44,344 nucleotides of DNA from Microbacteriaceae bacterium (GCA_043742905.1 JAYTXO010000036.1:1-44344), one strand, 5' to 3'; shown: positions 7,646 through 16,542, numbered from the stretch's first letter. The notes: generated by a model not told the origin, from the letters alone. Translations and numbers: made by a program.

Positions 7646-9771
7646 CCGCCCCGGATGTTGTTGAACACGTCCTCACCGAAGGGCGCGAGACCACGCTGCG
7701 CCGCGAAGCCGAGGTGACCATGGCCGTCGATGCCGCCCGAGACCGTTCCTGCCGGCAGCTTGTCGCGGTCGCGTCCCGAGCTGACCCCGAAGATGTCCTC
7801 CATCGTGCGCAGCCAGCTGTAGTGGTTGTAGTAGGTGGAGCTCGTCGTTCCGGGCTTGATCAGGGGGCTGATCAGCACGCTCCCGGTGTCACCGCCGCCG
7901 CGGGTCGCGTCCTTCGCGTCGTACAGCGGATCGGCTGTCTGGCCCGGAAGCAGGTACCCCGGCGCACCCTCCGCGCTCAGCGTCACCTTCGAGACGGCCC
8001 CGGTCGGCGCGATCGGGTTGCCCGCCTTGTCGACCAGCTGGAACGAGCCGTTGATCACCGAAGAGGTCGGGGTCGCGGCCGTCTGACCGGTGTCGCTCAC
8101 CGTTCCGACGAAGCTGTCAGCGGGGATTGGGCTGGCTCCGCCGGGGCCGGTCGTGTCGACGGTGTCCACCACGCCCCGCCCCGTATCGTCGGCGAGGATC
8201 GATGGATCCAAGATGTCGGTGGTCACCGCCGAGCCAAGCCCGTTGTCGTTGCGAGCGTGCGGCGTGGTGCCCGAGCCGCCGCGCACGATACCCGGCACGC
8301 AGTTGGCCGGCGTCAGCGGCGCCGTCGAGGAGCAGACCGGCGGGCGGTCGATGAACCCGTTGTCGCCCGGTCCGGGGTAGAGCTGGTTGCCGGAGGCGTC
8401 CGTGGCGAGCGTCGAGTTCGGTCCCGTGGGCTCGGTGTTGACGTTCTTGCCGAAAATATTCTGTCCCGCGGCATTCGCGGCAAGACCCTGCGAAGCGTTC
8501 GGCTGGTCGGCCAGAGTCGGGCCGTACGCGTTCGCGTTGTTGAAGCTGTTGCCGCTGTAGGTAAACGGCGGGTTGCCCTCGTCGAAGGTGATATCGATCA
8601 GGCCGCCGTCCTTGAACGCCGCCGACTTCTCGATCATCGGGATGTAGTACTGGAGGAACAGGTCGGAGGCGTAGAGACCGCCTGTGTAGTTCTTCGGCGC
8701 CATCGCTTCCGGGTTGGGGGCGCCGGGCTGGTAGTACGGCGCCCCCGTCGGACCGAAAGCGCCCGACAGGTTGTTGCCTTTGCAGACCGCGTCGTGCGCG
8801 TCACTGCAGTTGTTGGGTGTGATCCAGCTGAAGGCCGGAGTGGTCGACGCCTTCTGCAAGTCGTGGAAGAGTCCGGATGTTGCGTTGTCGAGATTCGCGA
8901 CGTGCGCGGCATCGCAATCCGTGCCGCCCTGCGCTGGCTTCGTCAGCGCCGCCGTGGTCGTGCCATCGGCCTTCGTGCTTCCCGTCAGGCTGTGGAACCA
9001 CGCGAACGGGAAGTGCTTCGCCACGTACTGGTCGTTGGCCTGGGCGCCGGTGAAGCTGGTGACTCCGGCCGGGAAGGTCGCGGGGTTCGACAGCTGGGTT
9101 GGGTTCGTGTCGGGGTTATTGGCCGCGCTGCCCGGGCCGCCGCAGGCGGCAGCGTCGCGTCCCGCTTGCGCGCCGAGATCCTGGGCGTAGCCCTTCCAGG
9201 TCTTGCCGACCGCGTCGAGCTGATTGAACAGCGTCGGAGTCTGGCCCGGGTACGTGCATCCGTTCGTCCCGTTCGGGGCGTTAGCGCCGCTCGGCTGGGC
9301 GGAGTTCGCGAGCGAGGAAACCTGGCCTAGGTTGACGCCGCTGGTGACGATCGAGTCGTTCGAGCCCATGTTGGTGTTGGCGATAGAGCAGTCGAACTGG
9401 GTGTCCTGCTCGGGGGCCTGGCCGGCCACCATCGAGATGTAATTGTCCATGCTGAAGTGGCCGGTGCCGTAGTAATTGGTCAATTCGACCCCCTGACTGG
9501 GCAGCGTCTTCCAGAGGTAGCTGTTCTGATTGAGGCCGGTGAATGTCGCGTCGTATGACTTGTTCTCGAGGATGATCAGCCAGACGTGCTTGATATCACC
9601 AGGCCGCAGCCCTGTGCTCGTGATGGTGGCGGACCCGTGGTCGGGGCTTGAGGCGAGCGCCGGAGCACCCCAGAAAACGCCACCCAGGAGGGCGACAACG
9701 GCCGAAGCCGCCAGGATGACGCGGGCCAAGCGGGTGCGCAGAGCGCGCGGCAGATCATTTCGCAGCGACAT
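7633..9771 (-). CDS. Secreted phosphoesterase (acid phosphatase/phospholipase C, alkaline-phosphatase superfamily)
   Basis: Signal peptide. Motifs KHVWLIILENKSYD, HFSMDNYI, WKGYAQD, KHFPF, ITPNNCSDAHD, ITFDE and YNHYSWLRTMEDIFG. Confidence 0.85.
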   Translation of the reverse strand: MSLRNDLPRALRTRLARVILAASAVVALLGGVFWGAPALASSPDHGSATITSTGLRPGDIKHVWLIILENKSYDATFTGLNQNSYLWKTLPSQGVELTNYYGTGHFSMDNYISMVAGQAPEQDTQFDCSIANTNMGSNDSIVTSGVNLGQVSSLANSAQPSGANAPNGTNGCTYPGQTPTLFNQLDAVGKTWKGYAQDLGAQAGRDAAACGGPGSAANNPDTNPTQLSNPATFPAGVTSFTGAQANDQYVAKHFPFAWFHSLTGSTKADGTTTAALTKPAQGGTDCDAAHVANLDNATSGLFHDLQKASTTPAFSWITPNNCSDAHDAVCKGNNLSGAFGPTGAPYYQPGAPNPEAMAPKNYTGGLYASDLFLQYYIPMIEKSAAFKDGGLIDITFDEGNPPFTYSGNSFNNANAYGPTLADQPNASQGLAANAAGQNIFGKNVNTEPTGPNSTLATDASGNQLYPGPGDNGFIDRPPVCSSTAPLTPANCVPGIVRGGSGTTPHARNDNGLGSAVTTDILDPSILADDTGRGVVDTVDTTGPGGASPIPADSFVGTVSDTGQTAATPTSSVINGSFQLVDKAGNPIAPTGAVSKVTLSAEGAPGYLLPGQTADPLYDAKDATRGGGDTGSVLISPLIKPGTTSSTYYNHYSWLRTMEDIFGVSSGRDRDKLPAGTVSGGIDGHGHLGFAAQRGLAPFGEDVFNNIRGGWGH

Positions 9772-9815
9772 GATCCTGGTTTACTCCTGCCTCACCTGCA
9801 GTGCCATGCCGGTTA

Positions 9816-9833
9816 GGCGAACACGGGGTAAAC
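9816..9833 (-). promoter_or_regulatory. PHO-box-like direct repeat
   Basis: Minus strand GTTTACC-ccgt-GTTCGCC with an 11-bp period, about 45 nt upstream of the phosphoesterase ATG. It resembles the actinobacterial PhoP GTTCACC repeat unit. Confidence 0.55.
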
Positions 9834-9945
9834 AGCTCGTGTTACCCCTCTTCGGGGGCCAGGCACCACGAAGCGGCCGTCCGACGGCGCGCCCGCGAAC
9901 TCCCTGCGCATGAAGGTGTTCCTGATCCAGGGGAGAATACCGAAG

Positions 9946-11016
9946 GTGATCAAGTACCTGGGCAGCAAGCGCACGCTCGTCCCGATGCTGGGAGCCATCG
10001 CATCCGCGATCTGCGCGCAAACGGCGGTCGATCTGTTCACGGGCACGACACGCGTGAGCCAAGAGTTCAAGCGCCGCGGCATCCACGTGACCGCCGTCGA
10101 CATCGCCAGCTACAGCGAGGTGCTCGGACGCTGTTTCATCGAGACGGATGCCGCCACCATCGCCCCCGCCGAGCTCGAGCAGGCCGTGGCCCGGCTGGGG
10201 TCGCTCGCGGGCACCCCGGGCTACGTGACCCGGACGTTCTGCGAGGAGGCGCGGTACTTCCAGCCGAAGAACGGCGCACGCATCGACGCGATCCGCGATG
10301 CGATCGAGGCGGACTACCGGGGGACTGCGTTCTACCCGATCCTGCTCACCGCTCTGCTGCTGGCGGCGGACCGGGTGGACTCGACAACCGGCGTACAGAT
10401 GGCATACCTCAAGAGCTGGGCACCGCGGTCATACAAGGACCTTGACCTGCGCGTACCCGAGTTGCTGCTCGGGCGTGGCGACGCACTCCGCACCGACGCA
10501 CTCGAAGCGGCGCGCATGTTGCCTCGAACGGAGCTGATGTACCTCGACCCCCCGTACAACCAGCACCGCTACTTCACGAACTACCACGTGTGGGAGACGG
10601 TCGTGCGCTGGGATCGGCCGGAGGCATACGGCGTCGCACGCAAGCGCATCGACAGCCGCAACGACGCCACCAAAAGCGTGTTCAACCGCAAGCGCGAGAT
10701 GCCGAGAGCCTTCGGCGAGCTGCTCGGACGGGTGCGCGCCGACACCGTGGTCGTCTCGTACAACGACGAGGCCTGGATCACCCCCGGGCAGATGATGACC
10801 GAGCTGCGCGATGCTGGCCACGAGGAGGTACGGATGCTCGCCTTCGATGCCAAGCGGTACGTCGGCGCTCAGATCGGCATCCACTCCCCGGCGGGCGTGA
10901 AGGTCGGAACGGTGTCGCACCTGCGCAACACGGAGTATCTGTTCGTGGCGGGCGAGCGCTCGCGGGTTGAGGCAGCGGCGGGTGCTGTCGTCGAGACCGG
11001 GGTGCTGACGCGCTGA
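9946..11016 (+). CDS. Orphan N6-adenine DNA methyltransferase (D12/alpha class)
   Basis: IKYLGSK (motif X), VDLFTGTTRV (motif I) and YLDPPYN (motif IV). Start placed at GTG 9946; the ORF is open from 9910. Confidence 0.88.
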   Translation: MIKYLGSKRTLVPMLGAIASAICAQTAVDLFTGTTRVSQEFKRRGIHVTAVDIASYSEVLGRCFIETDAATIAPAELEQAVARLGSLAGTPGYVTRTFCEEARYFQPKNGARIDAIRDAIEADYRGTAFYPILLTALLLAADRVDSTTGVQMAYLKSWAPRSYKDLDLRVPELLLGRGDALRTDALEAARMLPRTELMYLDPPYNQHRYFTNYHVWETVVRWDRPEAYGVARKRIDSRNDATKSVFNRKREMPRAFGELLGRVRADTVVVSYNDEAWITPGQMMTELRDAGHEEVRMLAFDAKRYVGAQIGIHSPAGVKVGTVSHLRNTEYLFVAGERSRVEAAAGAVVETGVLTR

Positions 11017-11048
11017 CGCGCTGCCGTGCCTGCTGTGCCACCCGTGCG

Positions 11049-12365
11049 TCAGGGCCGACCGAGACCGATGTACGTCCACCCGGCGTCGCGCCAGGCGCTG
11101 GCATCGAGGCAGTTCCGCGCATCGATGATGACCGGGTTCGCGACTACCGCGAGCAATGCGACGGGGTCCATCGCGCGGAACACCGGCCACTCCGTCACCA
11201 AAACCACGACCTGAGCGCCCGTGGCCGCAACGAACGGGTCATCCACGAACTCAAGATGCGGGTGCAGCCGACGGGAGTTCGGGATCGCCTTGGGGTCGGT
11301 CGCCCGCACCTCGACACCGCGGCCCCGCAGAGAGACCGCGACATCGAGAGCCGGCGAATCGCGCACGTCGTCAGACTCGGGCTTGAAGGCCAGGCCGAAC
11401 ACGGCGACCTTCTTCTTGTTGGGCTGACCACCGAGCGCACTGATGGTCAGGTCGACCACATGCTGGCGGCGTCGCAGGTTGATCGCGTCCACCTCTCGCA
11501 GGAAGGCGACGGACTCCCCCTGGCCTAGCTCCTCCGCGTGCGCCGAGAAGGCCCGGATGTCCTTGGGGAGGCATCCTCCCCCGAATCCCACCCCCGCGTT
11601 GAGGAAGCGTCGACCGATCCGCACGTCGTGGCCGAGGGCTTCGGCGAGCTGTGTCACGTCGGCCCCGGTCACTTCCGCGATCTCGGCCATCGCGTTGATG
11701 AACGAGATCTTCGTCGCCAGGAAGGCGTTCGCCGACACTTTGACTAGTTCGGCGGTGGCGTAATCCGTAGCGACGAGAGGCGTCGGCACGGCGAGCGCCA
11801 CCGCGTACACCTCGTCGAGAACCGCCCTGGCGCGGTCGCGGCCGGCCTCGTCCGCAGGGAGCCCGTACACCAATCGATCCGGCCGCAAGGTGTCGGCGAT
11901 GGCGTGGCCCTCCCGCAAGAACTCCGGATTCCAGGCCAGCTCGGCGCCGGAGTCCGCCTCCTTGAGTCGGGCGGAGAGGCGTGCCGCGGTACCCACCGGG
12001 ACCGTGGATTTGCCGACAACCACGTCTCCGGGCGCGAGGTACGGGATCAACGATTCGATGGCGTGGTCCACGTAGCTCAGGTCGGCGGCGTAGCTGTCCT
12101 TCAGCTGCGGCGTCCCGACCGCGATGAAATGGGCTGCGCTCCCTGCCGCCGCGGAGATGTCCGTCGTGAAGGTGAGTCGACCGGACGCCGAAACCTTCTC
12201 AAGCAACTCGCTGAGCCCCGGCTCGTAGAAAGGGGGCTTAGCGGCGGCCAGCAGCGCGACCTTGTCGACGTCGACGTCGATGCCGACAACCTGGTGTCCG
12301 AGTTCCGCCAGGCTGGCGGCGTGCACCGCGCCCAAGTACCCGCAGCCGACAACCGTGATCTTCAT
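11049..12365 (-). CDS. ugd: UDP-glucose 6-dehydrogenase
   Basis: MKITVVGCGYLG Rossmann motif, KSTVPVGT, NPEFLREG, GFGGGCLPKD (catalytic Cys), GLAFKPESDDVRDSP. Start placed at ATG 12365. Confidence 0.93.
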   Translation of the reverse strand: MKITVVGCGYLGAVHAASLAELGHQVVGIDVDVDKVALLAAAKPPFYEPGLSELLEKVSASGRLTFTTDISAAAGSAAHFIAVGTPQLKDSYAADLSYVDHAIESLIPYLAPGDVVVGKSTVPVGTAARLSARLKEADSGAELAWNPEFLREGHAIADTLRPDRLVYGLPADEAGRDRARAVLDEVYAVALAVPTPLVATDYATAELVKVSANAFLATKISFINAMAEIAEVTGADVTQLAEALGHDVRIGRRFLNAGVGFGGGCLPKDIRAFSAHAEELGQGESVAFLREVDAINLRRRQHVVDLTISALGGQPNKKKVAVFGLAFKPESDDVRDSPALDVAVSLRGRGVEVRATDPKAIPNSRRLHPHLEFVDDPFVAATGAQVVVLVTEWPVFRAMDPVALLAVVANPVIIDARNCLDASAWRDAGWTYIGLGRP

Positions 12366-12517
12366 GGGGGGATTCCGTTCTCGGAGCCAGTACTCGGGAT
12401 CTGCGCCCACAACTTTAGGACACTCCGCGCCTCAACTTCATCACCCCTCGAAGGTTTCACTCGCTGGTGACCCCGCGTTAGATCATCGTTACCGTCACCG
12501 CTCGACGGCCTGCGAGT

Positions 12518-13609
12518 TTAGACACCAACCGCTCCGAAGAGCAGCCCGAGCAGGTAGGTGACCGCGGCCGCGCCGAGACCAATCAGCAGCTGACGCACCG
12601 CGCGCTTGAGCGGCGATGCCCCCGACAGGATGCCGACGACGGCGCCCGTGCAGAGAAGCGCGACGCCGACGGCGACGCTGGCGATCACGATCGCGGTGAT
12701 GTGCCGCGCGCCGAACAGGTATGGCAACACCGGAATCAGCGCGCCGGAAGCGAAGAACAGGAAGCTCGAAATAGCCGCATTCCACGGCGCTCCGAGCTCC
12801 TCGTGCCCGTTGGCCCCCGTCAAATCTGGGTCGCCGGCATCGAGCTGCCGGGTGGCCAGCACCTCGTTGGCGTGAGCGTCAGCCTCCTCGAGGCTCATGC
12901 CGCGTGCCCGGTAGACCAGTGAGAGCTCGTTGGCTTTCACGTCGAGGTGGGCGAGGGCATCCTGGGACGCCGGATCGGGTCGGGAAGCGTCCAGGAGTTC
13001 CCGCTGCGAGCGCACAGACACGTACTCCCCCGCGCCCATCGACAGGGCCCCGGCCAGCAGGCCAGCGATACCGGTAAAAAGCACTGTGGCCGCCGGAACT
13101 CCGGTCGCCCCGATGCCGAGCACCAGGGCCAAGTTGCTGACCAAGCCGTCGTTGGCGCCGAAGACGGCAGCACGGAAGGATCCGGCGAGCTGGGTACGAC
13201 CCCGCACCGCGAGACCGCGGAGCACCTCCCCGTGGATGCGCTCGTCGGCGGCCATCGAACTGGAGGCATCCGCGTCGTCGTCGTATGGCGAACGCGCCTC
13301 GGCGCGCTGCGCGAGCGCGAGCACGAACAGCGAGCCGAAGTGCCGCGCGAGAAAGGCGAGGAGCCGCGAGCGGATGTCGCCCCGATGCGGCTTGCCCACG
13401 TCGTCGCCAAGAAGCTCCAGCCAATGCGCCTCGTGGCGGCCCTCCGCTTCGGCGAGGCCGAGCAGGATCTCGCGCTCCTGCCCCTTCTTGCGCTCGGCCA
13501 GCTCGCGGTACACGGCGGCTTCGGCGCGTTCCGCCGCCAGATACTGCCGCCAGCGCCTGACGCGCGCCTCGCGCGTCAGGGGCTTGACTGTTCGAGCAAC
13601 GGTCGGCAT
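12518..13609 (-). CDS. VIT1/CCC1-family metal transporter with N-terminal ferritin/rubrerythrin-like domain (MbfA-like architecture)
   Basis: N-terminal E..E/ExxH pairs (AERAEAAVY, EAEGRH, DERIH). VIT motifs AAVFGANDGLVS and SMGAGEYVS. Confidence 0.88.
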   Translation of the reverse strand: MPTVARTVKPLTREARVRRWRQYLAAERAEAAVYRELAERKKGQEREILLGLAEAEGRHEAHWLELLGDDVGKPHRGDIRSRLLAFLARHFGSLFVLALAQRAEARSPYDDDADASSSMAADERIHGEVLRGLAVRGRTQLAGSFRAAVFGANDGLVSNLALVLGIGATGVPAATVLFTGIAGLLAGALSMGAGEYVSVRSQRELLDASRPDPASQDALAHLDVKANELSLVYRARGMSLEEADAHANEVLATRQLDAGDPDLTGANGHEELGAPWNAAISSFLFFASGALIPVLPYLFGARHITAIVIASVAVGVALLCTGAVVGILSGASPLKRAVRQLLIGLGAAAVTYLLGLLFGAVGV

Positions 13610-13635
13610 GGAGTCCTCCGGTCAGATGGGTCTGG

Positions 13636-13769
13636 CCGAAAGTCTCGTTCGCCCGGCTTGCACGAAGCCTGCCGGGTGGAGCACCGGGCCGTCGTCGTGA
13701 CGGCCAGTATGTCGATGTCTCGCGCCCGCGCCCCGATGGTGTCGGAGGCGGGGAACTACTCCCCTTCGA
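13636..13769 (-). ncRNA. yybP-ykoY (Mn2+) riboswitch
   Basis: Minus strand UCGAAGGGGAGUAGUUC...AUCGACAUACU-GGCCGUC/GACGGCC-CGGUG...GAACGAGACUUUCGG matches the class consensus. TACTGT -10 box at 13777-13782. GGAGG RBS follows downstream. Confidence 0.9.
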
Positions 13770-14709
13770 TGCCCCTACAGTAGCGGAGGCCCCAGGAGCC
13801 CGACCAGGACTTCCCCGGCTCAAGCCAGATCAGGCCCGTGCCGGAGTTCAACGCGTCCGGTGGTGCGGTCATCGGCTCGACGGCGATCGCGTCAATCAGC
13901 TTGCCCCCGCTCGGGAAGATTCGCGTGGTGAAGACTTGCACGTATCTCCAGTCAGTGTCCTGCCAGAGGGTGGTGCTCGATCCGTCGGGGGCGGTCAACC
14001 AGGCGACGTCGCCGCGAGATCCTTCGGGGCCATCGCTCACGTTCTCGTGACTCAGCTCGCCGAATGCGGTGTCGAACTCCAGCGCGCCGACGCGGCGCGG
14101 CGTGCGTACGTCGTAGTCGGTGCCCTGGACGGTGACCTCGCCGATCGGGTCGAGCCGTTCGTCCACGTCGAAGTAGCTCGCGGCAGGTACGGTCAGGTCG
14201 AGTTCCGCAATCGGCGCGTCACCGACTCGGAGATATGGATGCGTCCCAATTGCGTACGGCGCGCGTGCGGCCGCGCGGTTAGTCACCCCGTGTGTCGCGG
14301 TCAGGCCGTCCGAGGTGAGTTCGTAGCGCACCCAGGTGTCGAGGAGGAACGGCCAGCCGTGCTGCGGGAACACCGTCGCGGCCAGGGTGACCGCGGCATC
14401 CGTCTGTGAGCTCACCGCGTAGTCGGTGAACTGCAACAGGCCGTGCAGAGAGCCGCCGCGGGCTGGCTCGGTGATGTCGAGCTGCTGAGTCGCCCCGTCG
14501 AGGGTCCACCGCCCGGCGCGCACCCGGTTCGGCCAAGGCGAGAGCACGGCGCCGTTACACATCGTGGGTGGCTCGCTCGCCGGGGTCGGCTGTACGAGGT
14601 CGTGACCGGCGACGGTGAGCGCGCGCAGCACGGCAGCGACCGATCCGATCTCGGCGCGCACATCGTCCCGCTCCAGCACAATCGCGGTGCCACTGGGGGT
14701 GAGCGTCAT
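13756..14709 (-). CDS. Aldose 1-epimerase family protein (paralogue 2)
   Basis: PWPNRV, LHGL, GTHPY and EPMTAPPDA motifs. ATG 14709 overlaps the upstream paralogue's stop (ATGA). Confidence 0.88.
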   Translation of the reverse strand: MTLTPSGTAIVLERDDVRAEIGSVAAVLRALTVAGHDLVQPTPASEPPTMCNGAVLSPWPNRVRAGRWTLDGATQQLDITEPARGGSLHGLLQFTDYAVSSQTDAAVTLAATVFPQHGWPFLLDTWVRYELTSDGLTATHGVTNRAAARAPYAIGTHPYLRVGDAPIAELDLTVPAASYFDVDERLDPIGEVTVQGTDYDVRTPRRVGALEFDTAFGELSHENVSDGPEGSRGDVAWLTAPDGSSTTLWQDTDWRYVQVFTTRIFPSGGKLIDAIAVEPMTAPPDALNSGTGLIWLEPGKSWSGSWGLRYCRGIEGE

Positions 14710-15653
14710 CGGGGTCCTCTGCGGTCGGGTTGAGCGCTTGCGTAGCGAACGCCCCAGCTGCCCGACCAGGACGCGCCAGGCTCCAACCAGATGAGGTCGG
14801 TGCCGGAGTTCAACGCGTTCGGCGGGGCAGTCATCGGCTCGAGGGCGATCGCGAAACCGGGTCCACCGTTGGCCGCGTCGCGCGGAAAGTCGGACGGTGA
14901 ATACGCCTGGATCCAACCGAACGCCGGGTCGGCCCAGAGCGTAGTGCAGCGTCCGTCGTCGGCGGTCAGCCACGCGACATCGGCCCGACCGTGGACGTTG
15001 GCGAGCGTACCGAAGCTGGTGTTGAGATTCAGACCTCGGGCGGGACGGCCAGCGCGCAGGTCGTAGCCACCGTCGCCGGCATCGACTTGATGCACCCCCA
15101 CCGGATTGCTCCGATCATCCAGTTCGAGCCGCACCGCGCCCGTGACAGTGACAGTGAGTTCTTCCGACGAAACGTCACCAACTCGGAAGTATGGGTGCGC
15201 GCCGACGGCCCACGGTGCCGTGCGCGCCGACAGGTTCGTCGCCTCGTGGGTCACCGTCAGCCCGTCGCTGTTGAGCTGGTACCGCACGCGGGTGTCGAGC
15301 AGGAACGGCCAGCCGTGCTGCGGGGCGATCAGCGCTCCGAGGGTGAGGGAGGTGTCGGTCTGCTCCACCAGCGCGTAACCCGTGTTGCGCAGCAGCCCGT
15401 GGCTCGCGTTGAGCAGCTTCGGCTCGGTGACATCCAGCCGCTGCACTTCACCGTCCAGTTGCCAGACCGCGTCGCGCACGCGGTTTGGCCACGGGGCGAG
15501 CACCATGCCGCAGCCCATCGGCGCGACGACGTCGGAGCCATACGGTTCGGTGAGCTGCACGCCGTCGACGCTCAGCGAGCGCAGGGCGGCGGCGAGTGCT
15601 GACACTTCGACGCGCACGCCGTCGTGGTCGAGCAGATACTGGAGACCGGGCAC
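14706..15653 (-). CDS. Aldose 1-epimerase family protein (paralogue 1)
   Basis: PWPNRV, SHGL, GAHPYF and EPMTAPPNA motifs. TAGGCT -10 box at 15661-15666, 7 nt before the GTG. Confidence 0.88.
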   Translation of the reverse strand: MPGLQYLLDHDGVRVEVSALAAALRSLSVDGVQLTEPYGSDVVAPMGCGMVLAPWPNRVRDAVWQLDGEVQRLDVTEPKLLNASHGLLRNTGYALVEQTDTSLTLGALIAPQHGWPFLLDTRVRYQLNSDGLTVTHEATNLSARTAPWAVGAHPYFRVGDVSSEELTVTVTGAVRLELDDRSNPVGVHQVDAGDGGYDLRAGRPARGLNLNTSFGTLANVHGRADVAWLTADDGRCTTLWADPAFGWIQAYSPSDFPRDAANGGPGFAIALEPMTAPPNALNSGTDLIWLEPGASWSGSWGVRYASAQPDRRGPR

Positions 15654-15671
15654 GACAGTCAGCCTAGAACG

Positions 15672-16484
15672 TCAGTCCACCACGATGAGACGGGTGCCCG
15701 CGGCCTCCGCAGGCTCGCGCAAAGCCTCGGCTCCGGCCCCCGCTGTCACCAGCGTGCCGAAGTCGGACAGCGCTCCGATCAGGCCGAGGTGACGCTGGCC
15801 AGCCTTCGACCCGTCAGCCACCAGCATCCGGGCGGTGGATGCCGTGAGCATCTCGCGCTTGACCTCCGCCTCGGCGAGATTGAGGTTGGTCACGCGACCG
15901 TCAACCCCGATCCCGTTGCAGCCCAGGATCGCGAGATCAACGTGCAGCCCGGCCAGCGTCGCGCTCGCAAGCGGGTTGACGAGCGAGTGCTGCAGCGGCC
16001 GGAGCGTGCCGCCGGTGACCACCACCGTGAACCGCGGGATCGCCTGCTCGAGCGCCAGCGCGATCGACAGCCCGTTCGTCACGACGGTCAGCTCGCTCAA
16101 CTCGGCGCGCGCCACCAGCGCGCGGGCGACCGCCAGGGTCGTCGAGCCGACATCGAGCAGGATGCTGCTTCCGCTCGTCACGAGCCCCGCGGCCCGCCGC
16201 CCGATCGCGCGTTTCACTTCGGCGTCGCGCTCAGCGGTCGCCTCCAGCGGGGACTCCCGGGCCTCCGCCCGCGCCACCATGGCTCCGCCGTGCACCCGAC
16301 GCAGAACCCCTGCGAGCTCGAGCGCGCTCAGGTCTGACCGCAACGTCACCTCACTCACGCCAAACAGTTCGCTGGCGTCGGCGACGCGCACGAATCCCTC
16401 CTCGGTCACGAGCGCGGCCAACCGCTCGCGGCGGGCAGCGGGCGGGAGTGTGGCGGGAGGCCTACCGCCGGACGGGTGAAGCAT
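15672..16484 (-). CDS. DeoR/GlpR-family transcriptional regulator (putative galactose repressor)
   Basis: HTH FGVSEVTLRSDL..RVHGGA. Sensor domain LLDVGSTT, VVTNGL, ILGCNGI, ADGSK. Divergent from galTK. Start position uncertain. Confidence 0.9.
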   Translation of the reverse strand: MLHPSGGRPPATLPPAARRERLAALVTEEGFVRVADASELFGVSEVTLRSDLSALELAGVLRRVHGGAMVARAEARESPLEATAERDAEVKRAIGRRAAGLVTSGSSILLDVGSTTLAVARALVARAELSELTVVTNGLSIALALEQAIPRFTVVVTGGTLRPLQHSLVNPLASATLAGLHVDLAILGCNGIGVDGRVTNLNLAEAEVKREMLTASTARMLVADGSKAGQRHLGLIGALSDFGTLVTAGAGAEALREPAEAAGTRLIVVD

Positions 16485-16491
16485 CCGGAAC

Positions 16492-16531
16492 CTTTCGATA
16501 GCTTTCGATAACGCACGTCGCGCTTTCGATA
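16492..16531. promoter_or_regulatory. Three phased CTTTCGATA direct repeats (putative DeoR operator) overlapping the galT promoter
   Basis: Exact 9-mers at 16492, 16502 and 16523 (spacing 10 and 21 bp). TATCGT -10 box at 16530-16535, 7 nt before the galT GTG. Confidence 0.75.
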
Positions 16532-16542
16532 TCGTAATAGCT

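Noticed and set aside
5556-9330. Long alternative ORFs (5556-7079 minus, 7636-9330 plus) and similar ones across the window (e.g. 20984-22045, 31173-32837, 41793-42815)
   Set aside because: These are antisense or off-frame shadows of well-supported genes, expected in high-GC DNA. They are R/G/A/P-rich with no motifs.
9910-11016. Methyltransferase as part of a restriction-modification, BREX or other defence island, or a mobile element
   Set aside because: There is no nuclease, ATPase, integrase or compositional shift in the flanks.
12466-12492. GTAAC-N6-CTAAC-N5-GTCAC upstream of ugd, resembling a GlnR/MtrA-type box
   Set aside because: A short degenerate match that could arise by chance; it needs comparative evidence.
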